This document shows, one piece after another, positions 1 through 12,976 of a stretch of 64,000 nucleotides of DNA. Below the pieces are notes generated by a model that made no database searches, was not told where the DNA came from, and saw only the letters and a list, made by a program, of their open reading frames with translations. Origin of the DNA: Tubiluchus corallicola (Eukaryota; Animalia; Priapulida). The stretch covers positions 19,291 to 83,290 of the forward strand of contig JAQGDQ010000889.1 of the NCBI GenBank assembly GCA_030141605.1. Direction: 5' to 3'. Numbering within the stretch: the first letter of the stretch is position 1; every line of letters starts with the position of its first letter. The position numbers and the translations under genes were made by a program.

Positions 1-134
1 GACCAGAATAGTGTTCTTGCCTCTGGGAGCCAAACATCCTACTCCACCGAAAAAAGGAAAAGATGGTAAATAATTCTCAAATCTTAAGAAAGAAAATAAG
101 CAGCACGTTAGCCTAATATGAGGGTCAAGTAGGC

Positions 135-599
135 CAGGGGTGTGCAAATTGCGGCCCGCGGGTCACTTGCGGCCCGCCGAGAGAATTTGTGCGGCCAGGG
201 CGATTAATTGAGTGTATCCAGCTGAAGTCCGTGCCACGATCCCAAAGATAGTGCGGGTAGTTTTTTCTACTAGATCGGATGCCATTAACCCTTACAAGAC
301 AGTTGTAGCTTAATGTCACTGTACTACACAGACTGTGTGATACACATTACTAATATGCATTGTAATAAAATTACCACTATCTGTCCTGAAAGTAGAAATA
401 TATGGTTTGTAATATAAATTTTAGTAACTTCTAAAATAGTTTCTTGGGTGTAGTAGGAATAATGTACGCAGGTCGGATGTAAAAAAAATTGTTATTAGGC
501 CTTTCTGTACTTGGCTCCTTGATCAAACTGCCTGTGGCACGCAGGTATTGCGGGAAAGTTTAATGTGGCCCGGCTAGTCAGATAATTTGCACACCCCTG
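135..599 (+). mobile_element. hAT-type MITE family A, full copy
   Basis: TIR CAGGGGTGTGCAAATT ... AATTTGCACACCCCTG; flanks AAGTAGGC/AAGTAGGT (7/8 TSD match); four other copies in the window. Confidence 0.9.
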
Positions 600-728
600 A
601 AGTAGGTACTTAGCAGTTTACAAATAGGCGAAACAGAATCTTAATTTTTCATATAAATAAGGTCTGTTCAAAGACCATTACCGGCACAAATAACAGGTGT
701 AAATTCATAAGATCTGAACAGGTTTGAT

Positions 729-3700
729 TCACTCAACATAGAAGCAGTCTGGATCTTGAGTATATGTGAAATTATTATCACTAGCAGCAGAGCCGATGAG
801 CCGTTGGGTATCACTGCAAATTTCGGCAGTTTCATGTTTAACCCGTCCGGGCGCACACTCCTCTCTCCAGACCTCTTTTAATTTATCCAGCTTTTGATTG
901 GCCCTTGATTCACGTTTTTTAAGTCGCCAATAAGCACGCTTTTCTTCAATGCTCAAAAGCAACTGTTTGTGCGTAGATAACTTCTTGCCAGTACCGCTAT
1001 TTTTTGAACTGACATTATTGACGTCTCCTCTCAGTGCATGAGTCTGTGGCATAAAAGGCATCTCTTCTTTTTTAACGTGTGCATTTCCATGAGGGGCAAC
1101 TTGCACCTGTCCTCTTCTCACAGGGAACTGCGACATTCTTGGTTGAGTATTTCCAGTCCTGTTCACAGTAGCACAATGAGTATTTCCAGACCCTTTCGCC
1201 ACACCACACGCCTCATAGTCTGAAAGAAAGAATGGTAGAGTATTAACTGTTTATTGGCTATCATACAACATACGAAGTTCTGACAGGGCTTGTTGTTATT
1301 TAGGACTTTCAAATATTCGTGCGAAGCTTTCAGTAGTACCACAGAAAATATAAAAATGATTTCCCATATTTTACTGTTACTGACATTTGGTTAGGATGAA
1401 TAAACAAATACCACACAATTTGAAACCTAGTCGACATGCTTTAGTTCATTTCCCATTAGACAGTAATTAACAAAGAACTGCGATTTATATCCTGAACAGA
1501 TAATAAACAAAAATAATATATAAAATAATAATAATAATAATATAAAAAATAATAAATAATAATAATAATAGTAGTAATCATAATCATAATAATAATAATA
1601 ACAATAATAATAATAATAATAATAAAATAATAATATATAAAAGAAATAATCAGAAAGACAGTTTTTAAGTTGACTTAAGATAAAAGTTTAGTAGCTTGAA
1701 AATAATATTTTGGTTACAAAAAGTACTGAAAACAACTGGTACAGTGCAGTAGTACAACACACAGGTTTCAATCTACAGGGTACCTAAACAATCTGTACAA
1801 GGTGGTACGCAAAGCTTCTGCAAACAGAGTACAGAAACAACGAACTCATAATTATACACAACGATTTATTATATCCCTCATAAAATTACAAATCTATCAC
1901 GCTATCTGTATTTAGTTGAAAGCCATGGAGAGCGTTGTGGCAGCGGCCTAAAAGCTCAGTAATTTTCTCTGATTGAACAGTAGGGGTGAGCATCGAACGC
2001 TCGAATTCGATTCGAACGAGTTTTTTTAGTTTGAACTCGATTCGAATCCAAAACTATAGATTCGAATAATTCTGCATTTCAATCACACATGCTCTTTATC
2101 ACTAAAATGATTGAAACATCATGAAATTAGCACAATTTAGCTGTGATTTCTATGCACAATTTTAAACAAATTACTAGTCGTTTTATTGCAGAACAAAATC
2201 TAGTGATATGCATGATCTTTGTAAGACAAATGTTTGCTGGTGGTTCGAAAACTTGTTCGAAAATCTTTCGGTTCGAATTCGAAACACTGAAGTTCGGTTC
2301 GATTCGAAAGTCACAAATTTGGTTCGATTCGAATTCGCTTTCTGTTAGAGAATGCTCACCACTATTGAACAGATGGCACGGAAATTCACTTGACCTCAAC
2401 CCTAGTAAAACACACTGGGGTTATCCCAAAGAACAAAATGGCTGCTTAGATCAGGGGTGTGCAAACTGCGGCCCACGCGATCCAGCTGAAGTCTGCGCCA
2501 ATATTGCAAAGATAGTGCGGGTAGTTTTTTCCTCTAGATCGGATGGCATTAACCCTTACAAGACCGTTGTCACTTAATGTCACTGTCGGACATGACGAAA
2601 TATATGGTTTTTAATATAAATTTTAACAACTTCTAAAATAGTTTCTTGAGTGTAGTAGTGCAGTAGTAATGATGTGTGCAAATCGGGTGCAAAAAATCGT
2701 TAGTAGGTCCTACTGTACTTGGCTCCTTGACCAAACTGCATGTGGCCCACAGGAATTGCGGGAACGTTTAATGTGGCCCTGGCTTAGATAATCTGAAAAC
2801 GTTCAACATGACAATGACCAACAATCTGGAGACAACCTTATCAAACATCTGCACAGTACGTTGGCAAACCTCAAGTTCTGTGAGGTCACTGCTCTCATTA
2901 ATATAATGTGACGATGCTCAACAGGTTACTGAACACTTTCTCGCTCCATTTCATCTTTCATTCACTACTCCCCCATCTTTATGTATATATTATCATCATT
3001 TCATTATTTGTTTATGAAACCAATGTAAAAATTGGTCCTTGAAATGCGATAACCAAAGTGGTATATTTATAATTGTATAGTGGTATATTTATGTATATAT
3101 TATCATTATTTCAATTATTAATCACTTCTTTAAGATTTCCACGTACAGTTTGGCCTGTCAAGCTATGCTTTTAGGCTCAAACTGTATGCATCAAAATTAT
3201 TCTGTAATGTAATTTGCACATGTATATGCTGCAGTTTGTAATTTCTGGATAATACTGCATTTATATTTATATTTACTTCCGTGAAATTATCTGTATTTTT
3301 ATTATAATTGTTAGATGCAGAGTGGAAATAAATAAACTTATAACTTATTACACCCTCAAGATTACAGGCTGTGTGAGGCATCAGAACCTTTCACCCTAAA
3401 TTTTAAGGATACGCTAAACTAGCAAAAAATTATTGTGTTCAGCAATACATTGATGTAATAAATAGTTCTGTAACATTACCTGTTATTTCTGTACTCCCCT
3501 AGCAAAAGGTTGTGCATCACCTGTACATATAACAAATTTCTTAGTTAAAAATTCGAATCTATCACTTACATTGCAAGCTACTCGTATTTAATGCACTTGC
3601 TCCACCAACTGAACAAACATTATTGTTAACCTGATGTCTTTTACCAGTCTGAATACGACTTTTGTTCGATTGAAAAACTGTTGGTGATTTTACAGCACAA

Positions 3701-4128
3701 ATGTCCAAAGATCCTCTAAAATTATAGCTGTTTGACTGAAGGTGAGTGGAGCCAGTAGCGACCTCGAGTCCACAGTTGTAGCTCTCGGAATTTGCCAAAC
3801 TGTTTTGTCTTGGCGCTTCAGATGGAGCTGTATCACATATATCACCTCCTGAATCAAATACCAAGCCAAGCTGTACAAGATCTGGATCTGAACAACCATA
3901 ATCAACAATGTCTCCACTGTTTTCGTCATAGCCGTCTGGAGGTACGATGACAAGATCATCGCTGAAATTCTCTAACTTGACTGCAACCCCTTCAGCATTC
4001 TCATTACAAGTATCTAACCCTTCTGAGACCAGAATCTTGCAGTGCCACGTTTTTGTGTGCATGACGAAGTCTTGTTCTGACATGAAGCATTCTGAACATG
4101 CCGTACATTTGTAAATGAGGTCTTGCAT
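729..4128 (-). CDS. Protein with one N-terminal C2H2 zinc finger and a C-terminal basic helix; exons 4128-3570 and 1219-729, 349 aa
   Basis: C-x2-C-x12-H-x4-H (CTACSECFMSEQDFVMHTKTWH); phase-1 donor T|GTAAGT at 3569 joins in frame to TTTCAG| acceptor at 1220; exon 2 encodes RAYWRLKKRESRA. Confidence 0.75.
1501..1635. repeat. (AAT)n degenerate microsatellite
   Basis: Direct reading. Confidence 0.85.
1981..2364. mobile_element. hAT-type MITE with many TTCGAA subterminal motifs
   Basis: TIR TAGGGGTGAGCAT / ATGCTCACCACTA; perfect 8-bp TSD TTGAACAG. Confidence 0.9.
2452..2792 (+). mobile_element. hAT MITE family A, internally deleted and 3'-truncated copy
   Basis: Starts CAGGGGTGTGCAAA; colinear with 135-599. 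Confidence 0.85.
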
Positions 4129-4556
4129 GTTAAGAGCGGAAATCTTCTAGGCAGTTATTTGTTTGGACCTTGGAAGAAACTTTATGAATGACCTCCCCTA
4201 AGAACAGAGAAAAACAGTCTGAGTATTTTTAAACATCACGATCAGCAATAAGAAATTTTCATTAACAAAATAACAAACTCAGATTATCATGATATGGGTG
4301 CACATCGACGATCGATGTGTCGTTACAGGTCTACTAATTACTATTAATTAGTTAATCAATTACACCAAATGATATGCTTAATTAATAAAAATTTAATAGT
4401 ATGATATGTTTCTAGATAGTAAGTGACTATACTTTTACATCTCCAAAATTGCTAAAGTAGCCAGTTTTTTATTTGACGGACTGATAAGTTATAAGCTGCA
4501 ATTTTTGTTTATCATACACAGACTTACTAAATTGCTTACACATACTATATACTATA

Positions 4557-5181
4557 CTGGTAGTCGTCGACTTACTACCACAATCGGTGATGCAGCGGAC
4601 TGGCTGTAAGACGTATCAGGCAAAATTAGACCCGCATATTGAAGTGGTGCACTCCTACATGCAACACATTGTGTGTGTATGTGCACTAAGTATGGTTGCA
4701 TCTATGATTACATCAAAACAGATAACAATTTGCAGTTAATTTGTTTAAAAAACAAAAGGAAACATGAGTTATAGTTGGTTTCATATACAGTCAACCCTCG
4801 TTAAACCGGACTAATTGGGGGGGGGGGGGATCCGGTTTAGCGGATTGTCCGATTTATCCGATATGCCTATATATGGTATATATTATACAGGAATAATCAC
4901 CTTAATAAGGCCTATATACATTGCACTATATACTATACTGTATATTACTTTAAAATAGTTAACCTGTGAGGATAAAGAAATTATTGTACAGTTGGTAGGC
5001 CGTGTTGTATTTCGCGCTCCGGCTCGGGCGGAAATCGGTCAGTTTCCTTTACCACGGATGACGTCCGTCTTATCCGATATCTGGGCTAACGGGGTCCGGT
5101 TTAACGAGGGTCGACTGTAATTAGTTAATTAAGTCGCAGTCGGGTCATAAAGTCGAACAGTCGTAAGTCGACGACTACCTG
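4557..5181. mobile_element. Tigger/pogo-like MITE (outer element, hosts a nested MITE)
   Basis: TA-CTGGTAGTCGTCGACTTAC ... GTAAGTCGACGACTACCTG-TA. Confidence 0.8.
4788..5117. mobile_element. pogo/Tc1-like MITE family B, nested copy
   Basis: TA-CAGTCAACCCTCGTTAAACCGGA ... TCCGGTTTAACGAGGGTCGACTG-TA; near-identical copy at 47376-47709. Confidence 0.9.
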
Positions 5182-5771
5182 TACCGGCATTTCTTGGAAG
5201 GGAAGAAATGGATGGTTATAGTGTGAGCTTAGCGATATAATAAAGCAGTACTGAACCCGTTATTATTAATATTAACGGGCTTATAACCAGATGTTTACTT
5301 CGTATTGGCAACGGCTGCTAATTTCAGGACCTCACTGGAATAAACTTTTTCTTTAGATGTTGCAAACTAAAGTTACAAAATCCTGAATCGTCTTTTCAAT
5401 CATTCAGTTTCATTTTTATTCAACTTTTCCAGTTTTTAACTTTTCACAGAACAATAATGGGAAGTACCAGAAATCTTCATGACAAATGTTCTGGTGCTAC
5501 ATTGTGTTTTTGCAATGACTGCCACGTAACTTAATTACTTTATTCAGTTGTTGTCTACAACTTAAATCCAGCTCTTAGCAGCCTGTCCTATTTAGTGTAG
5601 AATTGTAGATCGCTACTTCAGGCTAGATGTCGCGGAAGGAATTTAGCTGATTGTCATGGCTAACCTCTACATGGCTAGACAATGAAAAATTAGAGAATTG
5701 ACTTTGGAAATACACATGTACATTCCTTTGTCAACAAGGCAAATAACCAGTGGAGAAGAGAAAGAGAGAGA

Positions 5772-5772
<1 letters not shown>

Positions 5773-5854
<82 letters not shown>

Positions 5855-5913
5855 CGTGTGTGTGTGTGTGTGTGTGCGTGCATGTGGGTGTGCGTGTGCG
5901 TGTGTGTGTGTGT
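5773..5913. repeat. (TG)n microsatellite
   Basis: Direct reading. Confidence 0.95.
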
Positions 5914-6646
5914 GGCACTGGTGCACATAATGGTGTACTTGAAATTTTCTCACTCATTACATTCATTTCAAGTTTCATGTGTGCAACTGCTGAAAATTTT
6001 CATGGAAACATCAAACTAGCTTGGACCAGAATATATGTACATAATTATGACATCAGTACATCTGACTGCTGAACAATGGTGATCTGAGCAAAATTACTGT
6101 GGCACTGTTCACAAAACTCAATGTCATTTGCAATGCCTGGGAGTTTTACAATGGTCAGAATCCGACGAAACTATTACATCCCCAGATGTCGGAAGTTGAC
6201 TCCAACAGTCGGAACCTTAGCAAAATACAATGTCCACAGATGTACAGATGTTAGAATATATATATATATATATATAATATTGTTGTGTAGGACGGAATAT
6301 AACTATTTTGCTGTGGGGGTTCTTTGAGAGTACAACAATAACAAGTAATAATACAGAACAAAATATTATTGTGATACCAAAGCATTAATGCATGCACTCC
6401 AGTTGCTGAATCATTGGTATATCCAATAAAGGTGTAAAATAATAAAAGTCTTGTACATTTTGCAATAATTAGAGACACTGAGAGATCGTGATGAATTTCA
6501 AGATCTGCAATACATCTTTCGAATGTTTCACAAACTTGTCTTTTGGATATTAATTAATTGACATATACAAAATTTAAAATACTGTTTTGGTTTTATCGTA
6601 CAAATTTGATCTTATCTATAATTTTTATACATAGTCATCGCATATA

Positions 6647-6690
<44 letters not shown>

Positions 6691-7102
6691 AATCACGATA
6701 TATACAAATGATAAATACTTATTGTTACTATTATAATGATGAAAAATGATAATAATTATATATACATGATAAATCATCTCATATATAAAATAAATTAATA
6801 GTTTGCAATATATTGACATCTGTAGCCTTTATCCTTTTGTTTCATTTATGTTTTCTTCTTAATTGACGATTAGTTGATTGTGATATTAGTCAATGATTTG
6901 CACCACATTTAAGTTTTTTACATGATCTTAACTAATTTACTGTAAAGTAATCTGCAGCATTTTTAATATTTTTGCGATTTCACTTTTACTAACGCGTGAA
7001 TCATAATGGAAACATGGAGTGTCTTTTTTATGTGTCCAAGGAAAAAATAAATTTTCATTCTATGGCTTGGCCTTTCCTTTAACGTTCTGTATGTAAATAT
7101 TA

Positions 7103-7998
7103 AAGGAATTTGACGTCCCCAACTTGCAGTTGTTAGGGTCTAAGAAACGTCAAACATAAACCTATTACATTTGTAATTTTCTACTAAAAGTAAAAAAATT
7201 CAAGCAGTTATATCACCCATGTTAGATGAATTTAATGGAGAAGCGTCATGTTCACAGAAGCCAGGTCACTTATATTCTTGTGAGCTAAAAAAGTGTTGCC
7301 TTTGCAGGTGAGTTTTAAAGTTGTTATTATGTTAATGTAAAGTCTCTGCAGAATTGAACTGTGGAAAGTTGAAATCACGTTTTTGTAGGGAAAGTAGTTA
7401 CTGCATTTCGAGTTTGTTTCAGTAATTATCCTACGGTGCCCTAGTAACTGTTTGCTAAGTTGCGATCGCAGTAATTACCACCATTATGCAATGGCAACTT
7501 TAGAAACTACATTAATACTACGTGGTGATTTGGTTAGGGGACGCTTCTATATTTGTGGAAAGTTAAAAGAAGAACCTTGGACAAGGAAAATAAAATTAAT
7601 AGACACCGTTTAAGATGGATTTACGCATATATCATTTCAGCACTGATCCTTAGAAATAAATCCACTTGGGCTTCTACAGCGAGTGGGGAGTGCTGGCACT
7701 GGGAGGTGAACAGAATCATGTCCCTGGACGTATGATTCATCAGATATTATAGATTATTATAGCGTGTGGGCTGGCTCACCAACAAAAACAAGTTATCAAC
7801 TACCGGCATCAACTAATGCATTCTAGTAACTATACTAATGTAAAAATTAATCACGTAATTTATTACTCATTGTGTAGCAATTCTATTTATAGTTTTATTT
7901 TTGTTCTAAATTTTGTATTGAATATATATTTTTATAATGTGTTGCATGTATGTGTATATATGTGGGTTATTTGATAAAATCAAACAACTGATGAAAAT
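7103..7998 (+). other. Diverged duplicate of the MS4A-like gene 5' region (promoter, non-coding exon, start of intron 1)
   Basis: Three colinear blocks match 10588-10700, 11048-11112 and 11320-11580; donor CAG|GTGAGT at 7308 corresponds to AAG|GTAGGT at 11068. Confidence 0.7.
7560..7745 (+). mobile_element. RTE-like LINE 3' fragment
   Basis: Matches the reverse complement of 23958-24240 (GCACTGATC...TCCCTGGACGTA.GATTCAT). Confidence 0.65.
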
Positions 7999-8734
7999 GA
8001 AGTTACTCCTGTGTACAACAATCTACTGCCTGTCTTACTAGGTACTTTACATTTTAACTAGCCGCTTGGCCTTAGTTTTATGACTTTCACTTTAAAACTG
8101 ACGTGTTTTCATAATCTTAATTGAGTAGTTCTAACAGGGTTATTCCAAAAGTGGTTCATGTCTTAGTTTACAGGATAAGATACATATTCACAATTATACG
8201 ATAGTAAAAATATATAAGATAAGATTAGGTAATAGAATGTTCTCATTTTCTATGAGGGTCATCAATTTGATTTCGTTGAATTTGCATCGACTGATTAACT
8301 AACTTTTACCCTTCCTAATGTAATAACTTATTTAAGTCACTGGTCAAACATGATCCAAGTGTCTATGGTTAGCGACCTATTGTAAACTAAAATCATTCAG
8401 TTCAACTTATTGAGACCTTTCACATTTATACTGGAATGTCAGTCTTCTCTCTCATGATTGGTAATCACTGATTGATCTTTCATAGATATTATTTTTTATT
8501 GCAAATATAGATACCTTCACGTTCACCTGGGATTTACACTAAATAATAAGTGTGCAAATACAGGTAGGGCCTGCATAAGATAACACTAACGTTCAGCACA
8601 TTGCGTCCAAAGTTTAGGTAACCAACTGTGTTTGTTAAAACTTATTATGACAGGTGCTTGTCATTAAATGACAGGTATTTTTTTGGTAAATTACCATGCA
8701 CTACGTCTGCTTAAAGACCCCTCCCCCCATAAAT

Positions 8735-9014
8735 CAGGGGTGCGCAAATTGCGGCCCGCGAAGAGATTTGTCAACTTAATGAAGATGCGGCTGGGCGATG
8801 AATTGGGTGCATTCAGCTGAAGTCCGTGCCACGATCGCAAAGATAGTGCGGGCAGTTTTTTTCCACTAGATCGGATGGCATTAACCCTTACAAGACGGTT
8901 GTCGTGAAAGTAGAAATATATGGTTTGTAATATAAATTTTAATAACTTCTAAAATAGTTTCTTGAGTGTAGTAGTAATTATGTGCGCAGATCGGATGCAA
9001 AAAATCGTTATTAG
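8735..9014 (+). mobile_element. hAT MITE family A, truncated copy
   Basis: Starts CAGGGGTGCGCAAATTGCGGCCCGC; colinear with 135-599. Confidence 0.85.
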
Positions 9015-11706
9015 AATGCTTTGCTTAAAAATGTAAAAGAAATTTAAACATTTTTATCTCCCGCCAAGCGAACGTAGCTGCCCGCATATTTAAAAAAATA
9101 GGGTAAGCTGGTGTCTGCTGGGCAGCGTGGAGGCAAGCTGTGATGAAGGTACCCGTTGAGAAATTTCTACAGTTGAGTCAGAAGTTCAGTTATTCTGGCA
9201 TTGTATTTAACTGTGCTTATGTAAAAATTGGTCATTTGATGATTTATAACCAAGATTAAAGTGGTTTAACCCACACAGCTTTAATCCACAGGATTATACC
9301 GTAAAATGTGTAAATAGTATACATTAATTGCATATATGTAATTAATTTACAGACTTTTGGTGACTTTCAGGTACTTATGTAACTTTGCGAGCATACAGTA
9401 GGTACCAGGTGGGTTACTTAGTTTATAGAGATCGCTCTATAAGTCAAAAAAAGATTGTTGAAGCACTTGGCAGAATAACTGTTTATATCGCATGGTAACC
9501 AGATGACGCCATTTTTCACCAAAACGAGAGTGCCCAAACGTGAAGTGATCACGATTTTTATTGGCAATTATTAATTACACGAGGTGCTTATCACAATTTC
9601 ATTGATAAAACTTTTTAAAAATTTTCTCAAATATTAGACTAAGCTCAACTTCTCAAGAGACTTGGCTTTTGCGTTCAGGGGTAATTTAATTCTAGAACTG
9701 AACAATTTTTGCCTTTAGTTTGTATGTAACTGGTGATTAGCTGACACTGTTCCGGCTTTTGTTTGCATAATGTACAAAAGCCATATATTGAAAACGATTT
9801 AAAATTTATAAACTCGTTACTTTCACAGCCAACAGCTAATGTAATGTAATGTCATGCTGTGAAACCTCGATTTTGCAATGCACTTGCTTCTAATACTATT
9901 ACAGTCGAAACTTCGGCCATTTTTTTCTGTTCCGCGCGATATGAAAATATAACAAAGCATTGGATTTACGCTTATCAGTTTCAAACAAATATGTAATTGG
10001 AAAATTCCTAGCAATTTAACTGGCATGTGAGCACAAAAAGTGAAATTTTGGTGTAAGGGAAGCGTAATGTAGGCAGTTATGGTACATGTATTGCTAATTA
10101 AAAGAAAGGACAAGCCACTTGGTATATTGTGCTAATTTTACTATTGTGACTTAAACGTAGAAAAGTATAACAAAGAAATTTCCCAAAAATCAGCCTGTAA
10201 AGCTTAAAATGAAATTACACTACTAGTGTTCAGTTGAAGATTATGGCCTGACTGGTGAACACCATGGCTTTTCCGCAGGCATGCTCTATATAAATTAAAT
10301 CAAATTTCTGCGGCTTACCTAATGTTTATGCAAAATGCAAAATTAGCTATCAAATTTTTTTGCAAAAAAAAAACTTGTACTTTTGACGGAAATTGATAGT
10401 AAAATGCCATTCTTCAGCTGATGAAATGCGCAAGCATGAAATTATCACGATTTTAAATTGACTTTACACTTTACACGAGATGCTTTTCACAATTTTATTA
10501 TTAAATCCTTCTGACATTTTTTACCAGAATAGAAATACGGTCCCAGAGGGCGTGCATTTCCTTTGACTCTCTGTACGAAATTATTCGAGGAATTTGAGGT
10601 CCCCAACTTGCAGTTGTCAGAGAGTCTAAGAAACATCAAACATAAATTTATTACATTTGTAGTTTTCCACCAAATGTGAGAAAATTTTCAACAATTTTTC
10701 TACTTGTAGACAGGTGCAGAACATTACAAAACGCACAAAATAAATACACAGAAAGAGATGCGTGACATTATGCAGTAGTGGCCAAAGTTATTTGGTTAAG
10801 CAACAAGATTATTGATAAGGCTGAGGCAGGTTGTAGCAAAGATAATTTTCTAGCAAACATTACCAAAGTTCTAAGATGACAGAAATAAGGTAAATAAGAC
10901 AGATGACTTTGATATTTTATGCTAGCAAAAACACTACAATTATATTGAACTTTGAATGTACGACCAACTCAGACTTTCATATCACCAGTTTAGATGAAAT
11001 CGATTTAGAAACAACGTCTCTCAAGGAAATACATAGTCTTGTGATCGAAAAGGTGTTGTCTTATAAGGTAGGTTTTGAAATTGTTAGCACGATAATGCAA
11101 AGTCTTTGCAGATTTGTTTTGTCGAGATAAAGTTTTTGTTGAAATGTAATTAATGCCTTTAGGGTTGTTCCAGAAATTATCCTTCTTCCGTCATGGTAAT
11201 TGTTAAAAGGAGGAAATGGCAATAACTATTGTCGCTGTCATGCTATTGTAGCTCTAGAAACTGCACTGATATTTCATTAATGATTTGGATTGGTGTGAGC
11301 TGCTATGTTTGTGGAGAGTTATTAGATTACTATAACATGTTGGCTGCTTGTCATGATTGATTGCCGGATCATCAAATTATAGAAACAAATTATCGGCTCC
11401 GTCGAGTAATGTATTCTAGTAGCTTTCGTAATGCAATAATGAATAATACAATTTATTATTCATTGTGTAACATATACTTCTGTTTTATACTAAATTTACA
11501 TTGAATACATATTTTTGCATTGTGCTGCATGTGTGCGTATAGCAATTCAATTTTATTTTGTAAAACAGGTGAAAATAGACGGTGCGTTAGCTGATTCTAA
11601 ATTAGGTGCTGTAAAAGTGATTTTAATTATACGTGTAATAATAACAAATAATAATTAGCATTATCTGTTTTTCAGTTACACCTGGTTATTATTTCAGCAT
11701 AGAATC

Positions 11707-12976
11707 ATGACAGACATGCGTGACACAGAAGATACAGATATGAAGCCACCTTCGTATACTCCTACAGCAACTCCACAAGCAGTACCTGCCACAGGCCAAA
11801 CTCCACAAGTTGTGTTTGCACCAATTTCTGCTCCTCAAGGAGGATTTGCGCCTGAAGGAGTCCTTACAGCAAGCTATGCACCTCAGATAGTATACCAAGC
11901 ACCACCAAATCAGCTTCAAGTACCTTTCACACAAGTCAATTTGTCAACTGTCCACCAGCCACAGTTCAACGAAAAACGCGTATTAATTCTTTCTCTTGTG
12001 CAGGTATCAACATTTTTGTGACTTTGTGTTAAAATGGTAGTTTCAATTGCTGTAATTAAAATAGTACATAGATTGATTGTTTTATGCCTGAATAAAAGGA
12101 GTTAGGGTAAAAGAAACAAGTTCCTGGACAAGCTCAATAGCCACTTAATGTAAGAGATTTCAGTGAGTAAAAACACATTTCAAATGACATACAATTCACA
12201 AAGTAGTGACAGGAGATATCTCTTGCCGTTTTTCTTGAATTGGGTGAGACTGTAAGACTTTTCAGAGAGTTTCTTCGAGGTCTCATGCCAGACGAGTTTG
12301 GCGTTGGGATGAGTGGTTAGGGCATCAATTTTCGTAGCCTTGGTACCCAAGAAGGACAGGTGATTTGCGTATGAAATCCAGTTAGTGAAGTAAATTTAGT
12401 TTAGTTAGTAACTAAACTTAGTTTCTGTTTTTGTAGGTTCTGTGTGGCTGTATTGCACTTATCGCGGAAATAATAATAATAACGACTGACCCTTGCTGGC
12501 AGCCCGAGACCACTGGTGCTGGCATTTGGTGCGGATTTTTCTTCATTATTGCTGGAGGCTTAGGTCTCTGTGCAGCTGGGACCAGCCAAAAAAAGAAATG
12601 CTTGATCATTTCTTTCATGGTGTTAAGTATTCTTGCTGCCGCCGTATTTGCAGCCATTCTTATAAGTTTAGCTGGTAGTTACTTAGATACATATGGTAGA
12701 GAATGTAAGGCTGCTTACTGGACCCAAATAGCATCAGCGTCTCTAGAAATGCTTGCTTCTATTTGGTCTGCGTCCCTTTGCTGCAAGGCAGTTTGTTGCG
12801 GAGCAGTAAGTAATCCAGGAGTTGTATATTATGCACCTGGTCAACAAAGTGGAGTTTTGGTTACACCAGGAGTGCAAGTTCAGCAGCAAACACAGTTCCA
12901 AGGACAGCAGCCTACAGGAGGGCAAGTGGTTCAGCCTCTTTATGCGTATGGTACGACAGTGCCAAATATGCAGTAG
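11707..12976 (+). CDS. MS4A/CD20-like four-transmembrane protein; exons 11707-12003 and 12437-12976, 278 aa
   Basis: Phase-0 GT-AG intron; spliced product has four hydrophobic segments, the GAGIWCGFFFIIAGGLG TM2 signature, a CCKAVCC cluster after TM4 and P/Q-rich tails. Confidence 0.88.

Noticed and set aside
2127-2577. 144-aa and 90-aa ORFs
   Set aside because: They run across two adjacent MITEs and show no protein similarity
5667-6072. THTH/CVCV ORFs, and similar SLSL, LPTY, IHSF and poly-T/A/V ORFs at 25705-26152, 45170-45618, 49177-49548, 50350-51146, 54401-54817, 56974-57702, 62082-62586
   Set aside because: Translations of microsatellites
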